A stretch of 64,000 nt of DNA from Utricularia gibba (lineage: Eukaryota; Plantae; Magnoliophyta): NCBI GenBank assembly GCA_002189035.1, contig NEEC01000015.1, forward strand, positions 1,488,001-1,552,000. The letters are read 5' to 3'. Positions 11,747 through 25,038 of this stretch are shown piece by piece. Every line of letters starts with the position of its first letter. Positions within the stretch are counted from its first letter, which is position 1. Made by a program: the position numbers and the translations under genes. Below the pieces are notes generated by a model. It worked only from the letters and a program-made list of their open reading frames with translations, ran no database searches and was not told where the DNA came from.

Positions 11747-13559
11747 ATGGCGAGTTCAGGTGGGAATTTCATGGATGTTACTAGCAACAGCAGTAGTAAT
11801 AGTACTGGTGGTAGTAGTAATCCCTTGCATGGGGAGTGGGGTGTGCCGACTTTCCAGCACCAGCAGACTATTTCCATGAATTGGACACCTGAAGAACAGA
11901 CCAAATTGGAGGAGGGTATGGTGAAGTGAGTCACTGATTCTTCTTTCTCTAAATATCTTGATGTTATTTGTTGGCCCATTTTCAACGTCGATCGCTATCG
12001 TCGCCTAGTTTTCACCAATATCTGACAATTTCATGAAAGAAAACATTATGTTTATAGAGTAGAATCAAATTGGGGAAGAACAAACTTCTTGTTTCCTGGC
12101 TCATGGCGAGTGTGTGTTTTGAGTTCTAGGTTTTTTAGTGCGAAATGTGTTTCAGGAAGAGGGCTATTTTGTTCTGAAGCCTGAATCTTAAAAAGTCAGA
12201 AGCAAATCATTCTGCTTTAGAACAAAGTCAAAAGCATTCGATTCTGGCCCACGATATTTTGTTCACAAAACCTCTATCGACACGTAGCAAAATGTTGGCC
12301 GTGCACTTTGCACTCCTAGTTGCATTTTCCTTTGAAAAGGCTCAGGCAACTTGACTCAGACAAAAGATCTTCCAAGTGCCAGCGACCTCGTCCTGTTTCA
12401 TTTCAGACTTCAGTTGCATCTTTTTATAAAGATCGCACTCAGCCTGTTGAATTTTTTTAATGGGGTTGCTACAGTACACAATTCAAGGATGTCATGCACT
12501 TTCATCTCTTCCATGTTACACTTCCCATCATGGTTGAATTTTTTTAGTTGTTATTCACTGTGGGTTGTTCAGCGGTTTCATCTGTGCCGCAGGTATGCTT
12601 CTGAGTCGAACATTATTCGATATGCGAAGATTGCGGTCGACCTGCAGAATAAGAGTGTTCGTGATGTAGCATTGAGGTTCAAATGGATGGCTGTGAGTGT
12701 TCATCCAAATGTATCTCATATGGCCCTTCATCTTCTACACATGTTAAAGCTTATTCATTTCAACATTCTGCAGAGGAAGGAGAATAGCAAGAGAAGAAAA
12801 GAAGACCTTTACACAAGGAGAGGTAAAGACAAGAAGGTAACTGCTATTTATTCCAATTCAGAACCTTTCCCTGCCCGTGCTTGCTTTCTGGTTTACACTG
12901 TAATCGAATGGTGTTTATGTCTTTTGTAAAGGAAAAATTCGTCTATCCTCCAGAACAAACCTGCCACTTGGCTGTGCAGCAGCAGGCAGCTTCATCCTTC
13001 CCTCCTGACTGGATTTCTGGTTGCAATGGTGATGCCATATCCTTCAATGGTTTGTTCCACTCTATCTCGTTTGGTTTGCCTGCTGCATTAGTAAGCAAAA
13101 CCAAATGAACAACAGTTGGTTATTTCGCATCACAGACATGGTTGGTTCAACTCAGCGTCTTCTTCATCAGAATAGTTGGGCCCTCGAGCAGATATCTGCA
13201 AACCTCGCCGTTCATCAGGTACCATCGTTTGATCTGTGGCCCTTCTTCTCCTTCAACCAGCAACTGGTTTTAGTTTCAGAAAACGTAACAGCCATAGCCA
13301 TACATATGTACATTTCAGACAAGCGACAACATTGGACTCCTGAGCCAAGTTCGGGACAACATCCTCATAATACTGAGCAAGTACGATCGTTTCTTCTTGT
13401 TTTTTTCGATTGACAGAGAAACATAGAATGCGATAGCTTGGTGCATGCAGTTTAAAGGAGATGGGGCGGAGCTTGCGACAGATGCCTCCCCTCCCGAAGC
13501 TGAACGAAGAGCTGGCGAGGACGATCCTCCCGCTGCCGCTGCCGCTTCCCATACAATGA
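11747..13559 (+). CDS. DUF3755 family protein with SANT/Myb-like domain, 7 exons
   Basis: WTPEEQTKLEEG...RYAKIAVDLQNKSVRDVALRFKWM; RKENSKRRKED; DUF3755 core TQRLLHQNSWALEQISANL|TSDNIGLLSQVRDNILIILS|...QMPPLPKLNEELARTILP; TGA at 13557-13559. Confidence 0.88.
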
Positions 13560-14613
13560 ACACACACCAGATGAAGGGATGGCTGGCTGGTAGGGAGGCG
13601 TTCTTCTTATTGTAGTATTAATAGCATTGGTTATTGGCATAGCAGAAAGTAAAGTAAAGCAAAGCAGGAGGATGCCTGGAGATAGATGATAATCAGGTGT
13701 TGGCTAATGGAATTTGTTTCAATCATCACAAACACCGTAGGGCTTCCATTTCTGAAAAACAAGCAACAAACTATAAACATAGGCTTTATGTGATTTCATG
13801 GGCGAATAAGATCGATTTGGAATGAAATTCGAAATGATATATTATAAATAATATTACGAAAAATAAGGAGCCTTATAATTTTTTGTACTTAAAATTTTCG
13901 TGTGTTTCAATTTCATGTTTCATACGTTTTTATTTGAGTTTTGATTTTTTTAAAAAATCAAAATAATTAACATATTATTTTGATTATTTGTATGTAAGTG
14001 TAAAATTTCCAATTAATATATATTAATTTAGTACTTTTTCTGGTAAATATTAGAATAATGGAGTGCAAGAAATATTAATAATTTAGTTGATATAATTTTA
14101 TTTATTAAACTAAAAATTACAATTTTTTTTATAAAAGGCATTTGTATCCGGAAAATATTTTATTTAAATCATATGTTTTTGTAAAAAATATTTATAGATT
14201 AGGTTGTTTATTGGTTACATATCATTTTTTATACTGTTAATAAATTATGTTTTTTTAATTTATTTAATATAATTTATACTACATTTTATAGTATCATTTT
14301 TTGCTTCTAAAGAAATACCTTCGATTTAGTTATTAAATATACAAATGATTTTTACTTCGTTTATTAAAATTGTTTCTCGAAAAATGATTTTCAAGAAATG
14401 GACTCAAATAAGACCTTCGATTTGCAAATTATCGTAATTTTCTGTTAATGTAAAAACGGGAAAATTACGTTAACATTTTTACTGTTTAGCTAAATGACAT
14501 AATAAGATGTAATGGTTAAATATTAACATGGAAGTGAATACAGAGACTCATTTGACTAGAGACGGAAAAAGAATGGTCTAAAATCGGATCATTTACTGAC
14601 GTTCTCGAGTCGT

Positions 14614-14622
14614 GGCGGGAAT
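14614..14622 (-). promoter_or_regulatory. E2F-like motif in the MSH1 promoter
   Basis: GGCGGGAAT (reverse ATTCCCGCC, fits plant WTTSSCSS) about 135 nt upstream of the MSH1 ATG. Confidence 0.4.
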
Positions 14623-14755
14623 TGCATTGCAGTTCTCCAGTACGAGCGCCCATATCGGGATGCAGTTGAAAGAAGGCAGCAGCCAGTACAGTAGAGTCGT
14701 GCAGTAAGCCCCTGCCTGTGTCCACGGCACTCTGCAATCGGAAGCAGCCATAGCC

Positions 14756-17700
14756 ATGCAGTGGGTAGCTGTTCGAAACGTCGCCGTTTTGGTACCTCGT
14801 TGCCGCCCCTTCGCTTTCTTTCTTCACCGCCCCCTCCGCCGCTGTTTCGACCCCTCGTGGTGTCGCCCTCTGTAAGTATTTCTTCACTCCTTGGCTTTCT
14901 CATCCCGGATGTCTTCATTCTCTTTAAATGAACTCTCGTGTTCTTGAACTTCTGTTTTTTTTTTTTTTATTTTTTTATCTACTGTTATCTCGCCCCCGTG
15001 GCCGTGCCCTTTGTTTTATTTTTTTGCTACCATGGACAGAAGTTTCTATAATTAGTGGAGATTCATTCTTACTAAGGGTACACTTTGACTAGTGAAGTTA
15101 AGGATCTTGGTACTGATGGATTCGTTGTAAAATGTTTTCTTCTCACGCCATTCACAGCATGTGAGAATGGCAGCAACTATTTTAGGTAGAAAGAACCCTG
15201 TGCATCGTAATCATCGATGATGCAAGATATATCAATTCTTTTCTGAAGCTAAATTCTCAAAAATAACAATTTTCAGGTTGTGCAAATTTTAGATTCCACT
15301 CCCTAATGCAGTGTGGGTCTAGTAAAACTTAAAACAGTCAACGAATGGTCTTGGTGCTGGCATTAGTTTTTAAGAAATCACGTTTTTATGGTTTTGGATG
15401 CTTTTTATGATGAAGCGTGATAAGTAAACTTAAATAATCAGTGAATATGTTTGGTTTCTAGCACTAGGTGTTAAGAACTCGCGTTTTGACGGCTTTGCGC
15501 GCTTTTTACGATGAAACTCGATAAGTTCTTTTATGTATAGAACAACAAGAACTACCAAAGTGAATTCCCGTATGACTAATTTAACTTCATTTTTTCCATG
15601 TAATACTCTTCAGTTCGATATTGTCCTAGCATGTCCATCATAATATTCAACCTATGGTTTGATGTAAATGGTGAAGTTGTATGCTTCTGTATTTCACAAT
15701 GCCCCTACCTTCTTAGTCGGTATTTTTTTTTTTAGGGTCAAATTGTTATTTTGATCAATACGTATTGATCATTGTGGTTTCATCTAACATGATTAGGCTG
15801 CTCGAGCACATTTTTACAACTCAGGAGAGAAAGTTGCATGTTAAAGCCGCAAGGAAGTGCAGGGAGTTGAAAACTGACACACAAGAGAAAGATAATGGTC
15901 ATATTATGTGGTGGAAGGAGGTTGGGGACACGGCTGCTTTGGCAGTTGCTCTCAGAAATAGACAGCTGAAATTTTGAATTACGGTCATCTTTTGCAATGA
16001 TTTATGACTTTCAAGGAAGTCTAATTGAGCTCTATTTCTTGTTTCAGAAGTTGCGCATGTGCAGAAAGCCTTCTTCTGTTGCGCTTGTTAACCGTTTATC
16101 TTTTACTAATTTGCTTGGTTTGGATACTACACTAAAAAGTGGAAGGTGAATTTATCATGCATGTCCTCCACTGGTTTTTGGATCATATGTGTGGGTTATG
16201 CCTATTGGTGCTTGAAAGATATGGAATCTGAAATCATTTCCACCTGTAGATCTTGTTATGCCTGACACTGGTTCAGTTTCACCCCACCTTTACCTTATCA
16301 CATTCGTTTTCAAGGCCTGATGTCTCATGAAAACGTGCTTTTGACATCTTATACCTACTGAGTTATCTGTTCATCTTCGATTGAAATTGCTATTATAAAT
16401 TTATTGTTTGTCTGATTGTAGATCGCCAGCTTGAAAACCATAATGTCTTTGTATTCATTTTGAATGCAGATACGGATTATCATAGTTGAATGCATCACGT
16501 TTTTCAACTATTTTTTTTATAACTATGTTGTTTCATGACGAACCCTCATCTTATGCTTATACTCCTTGATTTCAGCCTAAAAGAAGGAAACCTCAACTCA
16601 GAAATGATGCAGTTCAAGCGAGAGTTTCCGCGTGAAGTTTTGCTCTGTAGGGTAAGTGAAGAGGGCCTCCTGTCCTTGTTGACTATGTTCGTGTGCTCTA
16701 TACCTGCATTTAATGTTGCAATGAACTAGAATTCAACAGTGTAAAAACCTGGATTTCATGCACTGCCTTGTGTCTTGTGCTGCCAATTGTTTACCCATGC
16801 AGAATCTCATTCTCAAAAGTGCTCTTGCATTCTCTTGCATTTTGTTATCTTACAAGGTCGGAGACTTTTATGAGGCAATTGGGTTTGATGCTTGCATTCT
16901 TGTGGAATATGCTGGGCTGAATCCTTTTGGTGGATTACGTTCAGAAAGCATCCCGAAGGCCGGTTGCCCTGTTGTGGTACTTATTTCTGTGAATGCTTAA
17001 TGATGATTTTTCTTTTTCTCAGAATAATCACTATGCTTAAGTGCACTACTTTTCCATTTTTTGTAAGTGTAAAAAAGCTTGAATGCCTAAACTGCTGCAT
17101 CATCTTCATATCCAGTGAGATTTTATGTGAAGATGAGTCTAGGGAAGATTAGGGGCTCCTTGATAATTATGCTTTATTGAACTGGATCTTTTTAAAGAAC
17201 TAACAATAAAATTTCACATTCCACTTTTTGCAGAATTTGCGTCAGACATTGGATGACTTGACACGTAATGGTTTTTCTGTTGTGAGTACTTGGAATTTAA
17301 ATCTGGTTGTGTCCTTCAAAATGTATATATTGTATTGCTACTGAACTACTAGAAACTTTGGATGTTGATACAGTTACTAGATTTCCTTATGGTAAATGAA
17401 ACTCATTTACTTTTCTAATTTTCAGTGCATTGTTGAGGAAGTTCAAGGTCCAACTCAAGCTCGTGGGCGGAAAAAACGCTTTATTTCTGGGTAACTGTAA
17501 ATTTTCCTAAGCAGTTTACTATGTGTGTTTTGTAAAAATGGTTATTTCAACATCTTGTCTAATTTTTAAGCTTTCATGGCCTCATCTATTACTGTTTTGG
17601 AATCTGTATGAGCTCAAGATTCGTGTGTTTTTTAAGCTTATTTATTGTCGTACACATTGCAAACACTTGGTTCATAGTCTATGAATTTATGGTTCTGTTA

Positions 17701-20700
17701 CTGCCACTTAGAAATATATCTTTCTCAGTGGGTTAAGGAGTTTTTCATCGTTAGAAGTTAGCATTCTACTAACTTGTAATTTTAAATTGGAACAACATTC
17801 TTTCAAGTGAATTGAGAATGTGAAGACCTGCTTTGATGTTGTTCGTGGTCTTTGTGCAATTTCCCCCTTGACAGTGTCATTTTATTGCCATCTTTTATGA
17901 TATGTTTGAGCATTTTTAGTAATCATTGCCAGAATTCACCATATGTTGGAGTGTGTATATTCGTTTGCCCCTGACTTGGCATATATTTTCAGGCATGCTC
18001 ATCCCGGTAGTCCTTATGTATATGGGCTTGTTGCTGATGACCGTGACTTAGATTTTCCCGATCCAATGCCAGTAGTTGGTACTGAAATGAAAATCTTCTT
18101 TCACGCACTTCCTTGGAAATTGTGAATTATTCATGCACCGTGGATCTTTTGATTAATAAAAATGAGCCATTTCTTGTTGCTATGCTTTTGAATTAAGTAG
18201 TCTACCATGGTTCTTGACGTACATTAAACATTTTTTTGGTTCAAAGGTATATCACGCTCTGCTAAAGGATATTGCATGGTCTCGGTGCTGGAAACAATGA
18301 AAACATATTCTGTAGAGGATGGCCTGACAGAGGAAGCACTGGTTACCAAGTTGCGGACTTGTAGATGCCATCTTTTGTTCCTCCACGGATCAGTGAGGCA
18401 CAATGCATCAGGTCTGCCACACAAATAGTTTTTCTTTATTTTTTTTTTTTTTAAAACAAGATGGTAAAGCGCTTCAAATTTTCATTACTGCATTTTTTTT
18501 TATTTCAGTGGGAAAGCTTTGCATATAATTAATTATTCATCCAGTGAGCAAAGGTCGTACATGACTAATGATAAGGATGCTGGCCTGGTTTTGGGAAAAA
18601 GTAATAGTAATGGAAACGAGAAATACGTATATACATGATGTGTTTCTAAATTTTGCTCTAGTTTCCTGTTTTCGATTGATTGACTGACCAGTCAAGGGAA
18701 GTTAAACTTGATTGGCTGTTCAGTAGCTCATTTTACCATTATATTTATGAATTATCAACCCAAAAAGGATGTTTTTTTCTGATCTGAAACTGGTAGCACT
18801 TTTCTTCACTTTTGTTGTTTAGGGGTAACTCTTTTTTTAGTGCTTTTAAATTTGCAATACTCTCTGCAACAAACTTGAACCTACAAGTTTTTTACAATTT
18901 TGTTTTACCAATTTAAATTTAGGAAGGAAAGGGTTAAAAAACACTTTTTCGTATGTATAATGCCTAGGATTCTATGCAGGAACTTGTCGTTGGGGAGAAT
19001 ATGGTGAAGGAGGGCTTCTGTGGGGAGAATGTACTGCTAGACAGCATGAATGGTTTGATGGTGATCCAGTAAACGAGCTTTTGTCCAAGGTCACATAGAA
19101 ATCCTTGCTTGAATGTTGAGCCTATCATGTTATCTTTTCTGTTATTATTTAATTTATAATATTCATTTTTAAATAACAAGGTAAAAGATCTCTATGGTCT
19201 CGAAGATGATACCATGTTTAGGAATGTTACTGTTGGCACTGACAATCGGCCCAGCCCTTTACATCTCGGAACAGCCTCACAGATAGGTGATTTTAGAACT
19301 TGATCCTCACATGCTGACACATTTTTCTCTTTGAGAAAAATCTGCATACATGCATTTTTGTACTGGAGTCCAACCACAGAAAAAGTTCCAATTTTTCAAG
19401 GACTGCTCATCGCCTTCATATTTTGCCAAGTCCTAATCACAGTGCAGTGACTGACGTTGAGATAACAGCCATATAATCCACATTGTTTGTCCTTTTCATG
19501 ATATTACAATAGAAAAAAGCCTTTTGTTCTCTTTTTGGTTGTCCATAAAAAAACGCTGGCTATATCATCTTTCGATCTTTAAATACTGAATGCATTTATA
19601 CTGCTTGCTATCAGGTGCTCTCCCAACTGAGGGTATCCCTTGCTTACTAAATGTGCTACTTCCATCTGATTGTACTGGCCTTCCTGTTATGTAAGTGAAA
19701 GTTTATGATGCACATTGTAGAGTTTTGCGTTGTGAAGTGTCTCGCCTGGTATGCCAGTGCCTATCCTTTCTGCTGTTTACTTATTGTGATCCTACGTTTG
19801 CATCAATGTTACTGCCAAAGGTATATCCGAGATCTCCTTTTGAATCCTCCACAATATGAAATTGCATCAGCTATTCAAGGTTAGCAGTGATGAATGTGCA
19901 AAACCTGTCTTCTTTTTTCTTCCTGAGAAATTGCAATATCTGTCGTCGGTGTATATGTTATTAATTTTAAGATGCATGTGTACTTTCACCGCTTTCAACT
20001 TACCTAAGTTAGTTATGAATGAAATAGAGAAATTATTATTTTAGGAACATACTTTTTTCTCCTGAGGATGTACCAGTTAAAACAAATTTTTAGTCGGGGA
20101 GCATCTTCAAAAACTTGTTAAAGAGTTGGAAAGAAATTTTGTTTCAGCTTACCAAATTTGCTTCAGTTTTCACTCTTTGGACATGCACGTGTTTTCATGT
20201 ACTGTTTGTTTCTAGGATATCTGCTTGGCCTCACTGATGTTTCTATTCTTGTTTTCAGAAGCCTGCAAACTTTTGAGTAACGTTAAATGCTCCATTCCTG
20301 AGCTAATCTGTATCCCCCAGCGAAGGTTGGATGCTACTTATTGCACGTACATGAACTGCCATGCTATAATAATGGAAAATTTTTGGCACTCTTTTCATGG
20401 CTAAAATTTTCAACCTCATAAGAGTTTAAGTAATTATTTGACGTTTGATGCAAATACTCAACTGGAAAGTTGTCCCTTTCTATTTTACGAATTTCAACTT
20501 CACAAGATCGATAGCACAGGCTCTTTATTTTCTATCGGATTTTGATTGTCTGCTATTGGTTTTGGCCAATCATTTGTCTTAGAAATTCTTTTCGCTCCTG
20601 TAGCTTGTGAAGTTGCTTGAGTCAAAGGAGACCAATCACGTTGAGTTTTGCAAAATAAAAAAAATCCTTGATGATATATTTCAAATGTACAAAAATGTTG

Positions 20701-23328
20701 AGCTTACAGAAATTCTAAAGTTATTAATGGATCCCGCTTGGGTGGCCACTGGATTAAGAGTTGAACTGGAAACATTAGTAAGTACCTCACTATTTTCATC
20801 ATCTTGTCAATCGATGTTTTTTGCAACTTACCTGATGAGTAAGTACTATCTTTTAGGTGACTGAATGTGAAGCAATTTCATGTCGAATTGCTGATGTGAT
20901 TGCTTTGGATGGTGAGAAGGAGCAGAACATATCATCATTTCCCATAATCCCAAAAGAGTTTTTCGAGGACATGGAATCATCCTGGAAAGGTCGTGTAAAG
21001 AGGATACATTTAGAAGAAGAATTTGCTGAAGCAGATGCTGTGGCAAAGACCTTATTTGTAGCTGTGAGTACTCTTTTCTATGCCAGACATGGCATAGTTA
21101 TTTCACGTGTGAGACTTGTAGAAAATACGCTTTGTACATGTATGTCTAAGGTAGTTGTCTTATTTTTTCTAGATACAAGAAGACTTCGGCCCCATTATTT
21201 CAAGAATTAGAGCATCAACTGCTCCCCTTGGAGGGCCAAAGGGTGAGATAATCTACGCTCGTGAACATAAAGCTGTATGGTTCAGGGGGAAACGCTTCAC
21301 GCCAAATATATGGGCTGGCACACCTGGAGAAGAGCAGATCAAACAACTTATGCCTGCGAAGGATTCTAAGGGTAAAAGAGTGGGTGAAGAATGGTTCACA
21401 ACAGAGAAAGTAGACGAAGCATTAGTGAGGTACCGTTGATTTGCGTGAGAGTTGATTCTGATATATTTTAAGTGCTGTCTCTGGAATTACTTTAATGTGT
21501 GCCTTTTCTAGGTATCATGAAGCTCAGGAAAAGGCGAAAGAAAAAGTATTGGAACTTTTGCGGGGATTGTCCAAGGAGCTGCAAACAAGTATCAATATTC
21601 TAGTGTATGCATCTGTGCTGCTTGTTATTATCAAGGCATTGCTTAGTCATGTGAGGTCAGCCATATTAATCTTCCTTTTTTCGCAATAAAATTCAATGTT
21701 ATGAGCATCTTGCATCTTGCCTACTCTCTGAAATATGTTTCGTACCAGTGAAGGAAGGAGGAGGAAATGGGTTTTCCCTACTCTTGTCCAGCATCACAAG
21801 TCTGAGGTATCTTTTTCTATATTTTTGACTAGTGGTTCTTTCATATATATTCAACCGAAAAACTTTGCTCTAAGTGATTTGCTATGTTTCGAATATGGTA
21901 ATTTTTTCGTCCACTTTGTGCCAAACCACTCTTTTGAAATCTGGCAGCTTGGAGCACTGAGATTGAAGATCGTTGGCTTATCCCATATTGGTTTGATGCA
22001 GCACAAGGCAGTGCTGTGCCAAACACTGTCGACATGGAGTCACTGTTTCTCTTGACAGGACCGAATGGAGGGGGGAAATCAAGTCTGCTCAGGTCGCTAT
22101 GTGCAGCCGCATTGCTGGGAATATGTGGGCTAATGGTCCCTGCAGAATCAGCTTATATTCCTCATTTTGACGCCATTATGCTGCACATGAAATCTTATGA
22201 CAGTCCTGCTGATGGAAAGAGCTCTTTTCAGGTATGATTTCCATGCTCCCAGGGAAAACCCCCTCAACATCACTTTTGAAAATTTCATATTTCTGTTTTC
22301 GTGGTCTTCTTAGATTGAGATGTCCGAGATTCGTTCTATTATTAAAAAAGCCACTTCAAGAAGCCTCGTTATGGTTGATGAGATATGCCGTGGTACTGAA
22401 ACAGCGAAGGGAACATGCATTGCTGGCAGTCTAATTGAAACTCTTGATGCAACTCGTTGTTTGGGAATCATATCAACTCACCTGCATGGGATCTTTGACT
22501 TACCGCTGAGAACAAGAAATGTTGTCTTTAAAGCGATGGGAGCAGAATGTGTAGGGAACAAAATCATGCCAACATGGAAACTGATGGACGGCATCTGCAA
22601 GGAGAGCCTTGCATTTGAAACCGCCAAGAGAGAAGGGGTTCCTGATGAGCTAATTGAAAGAGCCCAGGATTTGTATCATTCAGTTTATTTAAAGGATTCC
22701 TCGATGCAGCGTGTCCCAGAACTGATCCAATCCACTTCTTCAAGCGTTGTTGGTAAGCAAAGTTGTCATCAGGAAGATGTACCAGTGCTCCCTTCACAAT
22801 CAGTGGATTTCCACCAAGAAGTTGAAAATGCTGTCATTAGCATATGCCAGAAAAGATTGAGTGAAGTATACAAGTTGAATGAGATGGAGACGCATTCACT
22901 GGTAAAATGTGTTCACGTTGGTGCCAGAGAACAACCACCTCCATCAACCGTCGGCAATTCAAGCGTCTACATCATGCTTAGACCAGACAGAAAGGTGTAC
23001 GTTGGACAGGTACATGGAAGTCCTCTTTTGAGCTCGTTAAGGCTTCTGCTTCTCTTCTCTGTTTTGTATTTTTTTTGGTATAATGGTTGTTGGTTTTCAG
23101 TCAGATGATCTTCATACTCGAGTGCGTGCCCATCGTGCAAAGGAAGGGCTGCAGAATGCACAATTCTTGTACTTGGTGGTTCCAGGAAAGAGCATAGCTT
23201 GTGAATTGGAAACCCTTCTCATCAATCAGCTTCCAGATCGAGGTTTTCGCCTTATGAACACTGCTGATGGAATGCATCGCAACTTTGGAACTGGTCACTT
23301 TCTTGAAGCCCAGATTCTGCTGAGGTGA
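14756..23328 (+). CDS. MSH1: MSH1, organellar MutS homolog 1 with C-terminal GIY-YIG domain, 22 exons; two apparent -1 frameshifts
   Basis: ATG 14756; domain I FPREVLLCR|VGDFYEAIGFDACILVEYAGLNPFGG; Walker A LTGPNGGGKSSLLRS; DEICRGTETAKGTCIAG; GIY-YIG VYIMLRPDRKVYVGQ|SDDLHTRVRAHR; TGA 23326-23328. Exons traced with GT-AG ends. Frame breaks at 20314-20318 and 21982-21984. Confidence 0.97.
15371..15526. repeat. 55-nt imperfect direct repeat in MSH1 intron 1
   Basis: 15371-15425 vs 15472-15526: 43 of 55 positions identical by hand alignment. Several differences are CpG to TpG/CpA. Confidence 0.7.
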
Positions 23329-23575
23329 TAGCAAATGCTTCCATGTTTGAAATGGCGTTTTTTTGGCAGAGTTGAGCTTTGTTGAGCATCAACTTGCATG
23401 TATACGTACCATGTAGCCCCAGCAGTGACCTTCGGAAATGTAAATCAGCATTCCTGACCACTGCACCAGAGATGGTTGTGGCAACTCACGCATCTGATTA
23501 CCATGAAATGTAAATGCACTCGGCAACTTCAAGAGTTGCGAATTTTTGTTCTCGAGAGTTCTTTTATCCACACTT

Positions 23576-23657
23576 GTGGTCGTGCCGGAGTGGTTATCGG
23601 GCATGACTAGAAATCATGTGGGCTCTGCCCGCGCAGGTTCGAATCCTGCCGACCACG
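23576..23657 (+). tRNA. trnS-AGA: tRNA-Ser(AGA), nuclear, 82 nt with long variable arm
   Basis: GTGGTCG acceptor stem pairs with CGACCAC; A-box TGCCGGAGTGG; anticodon arm CATGA-CTAGAAA-TCATG; T-loop GGTTCGAATCC; T-rich Pol III terminator directly after. Confidence 0.97.
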
Positions 23658-24416
23658 TGTTTTGATTTTTTTTCTGGTTTGTGGAATATGCTGCCCATTG
23701 CAGCAACGGAGAGGCGATGATACATAGTTTCAAATCCAAAAAGATTTCTTGTGTTATTCCACACTTTCTCCCTTTTATTTTTAAAAAGAGACACTATTTT
23801 GTGTTAGAGTGAGATGCATTATGAACTTGCGTGTGTCACATTTTTCGGAAAATCCTTACAATGGGGTAAGAAAACGATGATGATCGGGCATTACATAAGA
23901 GTGATCGATCATGAATGATTAGAAACTAAAGTATAATCTTGAAATAAACAACCCAAAAAAATACCAACCCATGAAGCTATCAAGCACCATGCGTGATACA
24001 TGCAAGAAATTGCAAAAAGGGGATACGAAACTCAAAAACCCATCGTCATCAATACATAATATGCGTGAAAGAAGGTTGTTGGATTTTTTGAATGCATGGA
24101 ATTTGAAACAATATATATTCATGGTCTACATCTTTACTGGAAAATTTGTGTAATCATTGCACATTATTGCATCATGCAGAGATATATGTCTTGTCTTATG
24201 TATTCCATGCTCTACTACAACTCAGAGAGAGATCCGCTGGGTAATAGCGTTTTTGTGATAAATACCATTACCACATGGAAGGATAAACATGAGTCGCAAG
24301 GTTTTGATAAACTTCACGGCCGACCTATATATACACACCATCATGCACGTACAGATATATGTATTATATATCGAATATATGACGTAGCTAATGATAAGCT
24401 TGTAGGTGTTTCACAA

Positions 24417-25038
24417 ATGGGTTCTCTGATGTCCGGATGGGACTCTCCTGGACGCGGTTAGTGAATCATCTCTTCCAGCTTCTTCATGTCAGCTCTTCAT
24501 TTTAGTTGACAGTTGTATATGGCCTGTGCAGAAAAGTTCTTGAGGAGCAAGTCCTTGACGAGGGAGGAAATAGCAGCATTCTGGAAATCAAAGAAGCTCA
24601 AAGAAGAAGATGAAGAAGAGCATTTGGTAGGTTTTTCTTCTCTTCTGCTTTTCCAAAGCTTCCAATTCGGATCTTGATGATTGTGACTCAAGAGTCATGT
24701 TTATGAACAGAGTGTAGTGGTAATGCATGGCGATGAAGAGGATGAAAGAAGCGGGAGTCAGCAGCCTCTGGAAGAAGATATACCTCCGAAACATGGATGG
24801 TATGCTTTTCTTTTTTGTGGGATTTTGACAAGTTGCTAATGGGAACAAGCTTCCATTGTGCGGCTTCCTTTGATGTAATTGTAATGCTGCTGACTGGGGA
24901 GGGATTGATTTTCTGTGCTGGTTATTCAGGTGGCTATGCAGTAACTGGGCGTTTCTAAACCAGCCGCCAGTGCTGGAACAGGAAATCCAGAAAAGGAGGA
25001 AGCATGCTGCTGCCTCACAGCTTCACGTGGCCTACTAG
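24417..25038 (+). CDS. Small conserved uncharacterised plant protein, 4 exons
   Basis: Exons 24417-24456, 24532-24626, from 24711 and 24931-25038 splice in frame: MGSLMSGWDSPGR-EKFLRSKSLTREEIAAFWKSKK...KHGWWLCSNWAFLNQPP...ASQLHVAY*. Confidence 0.85.
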
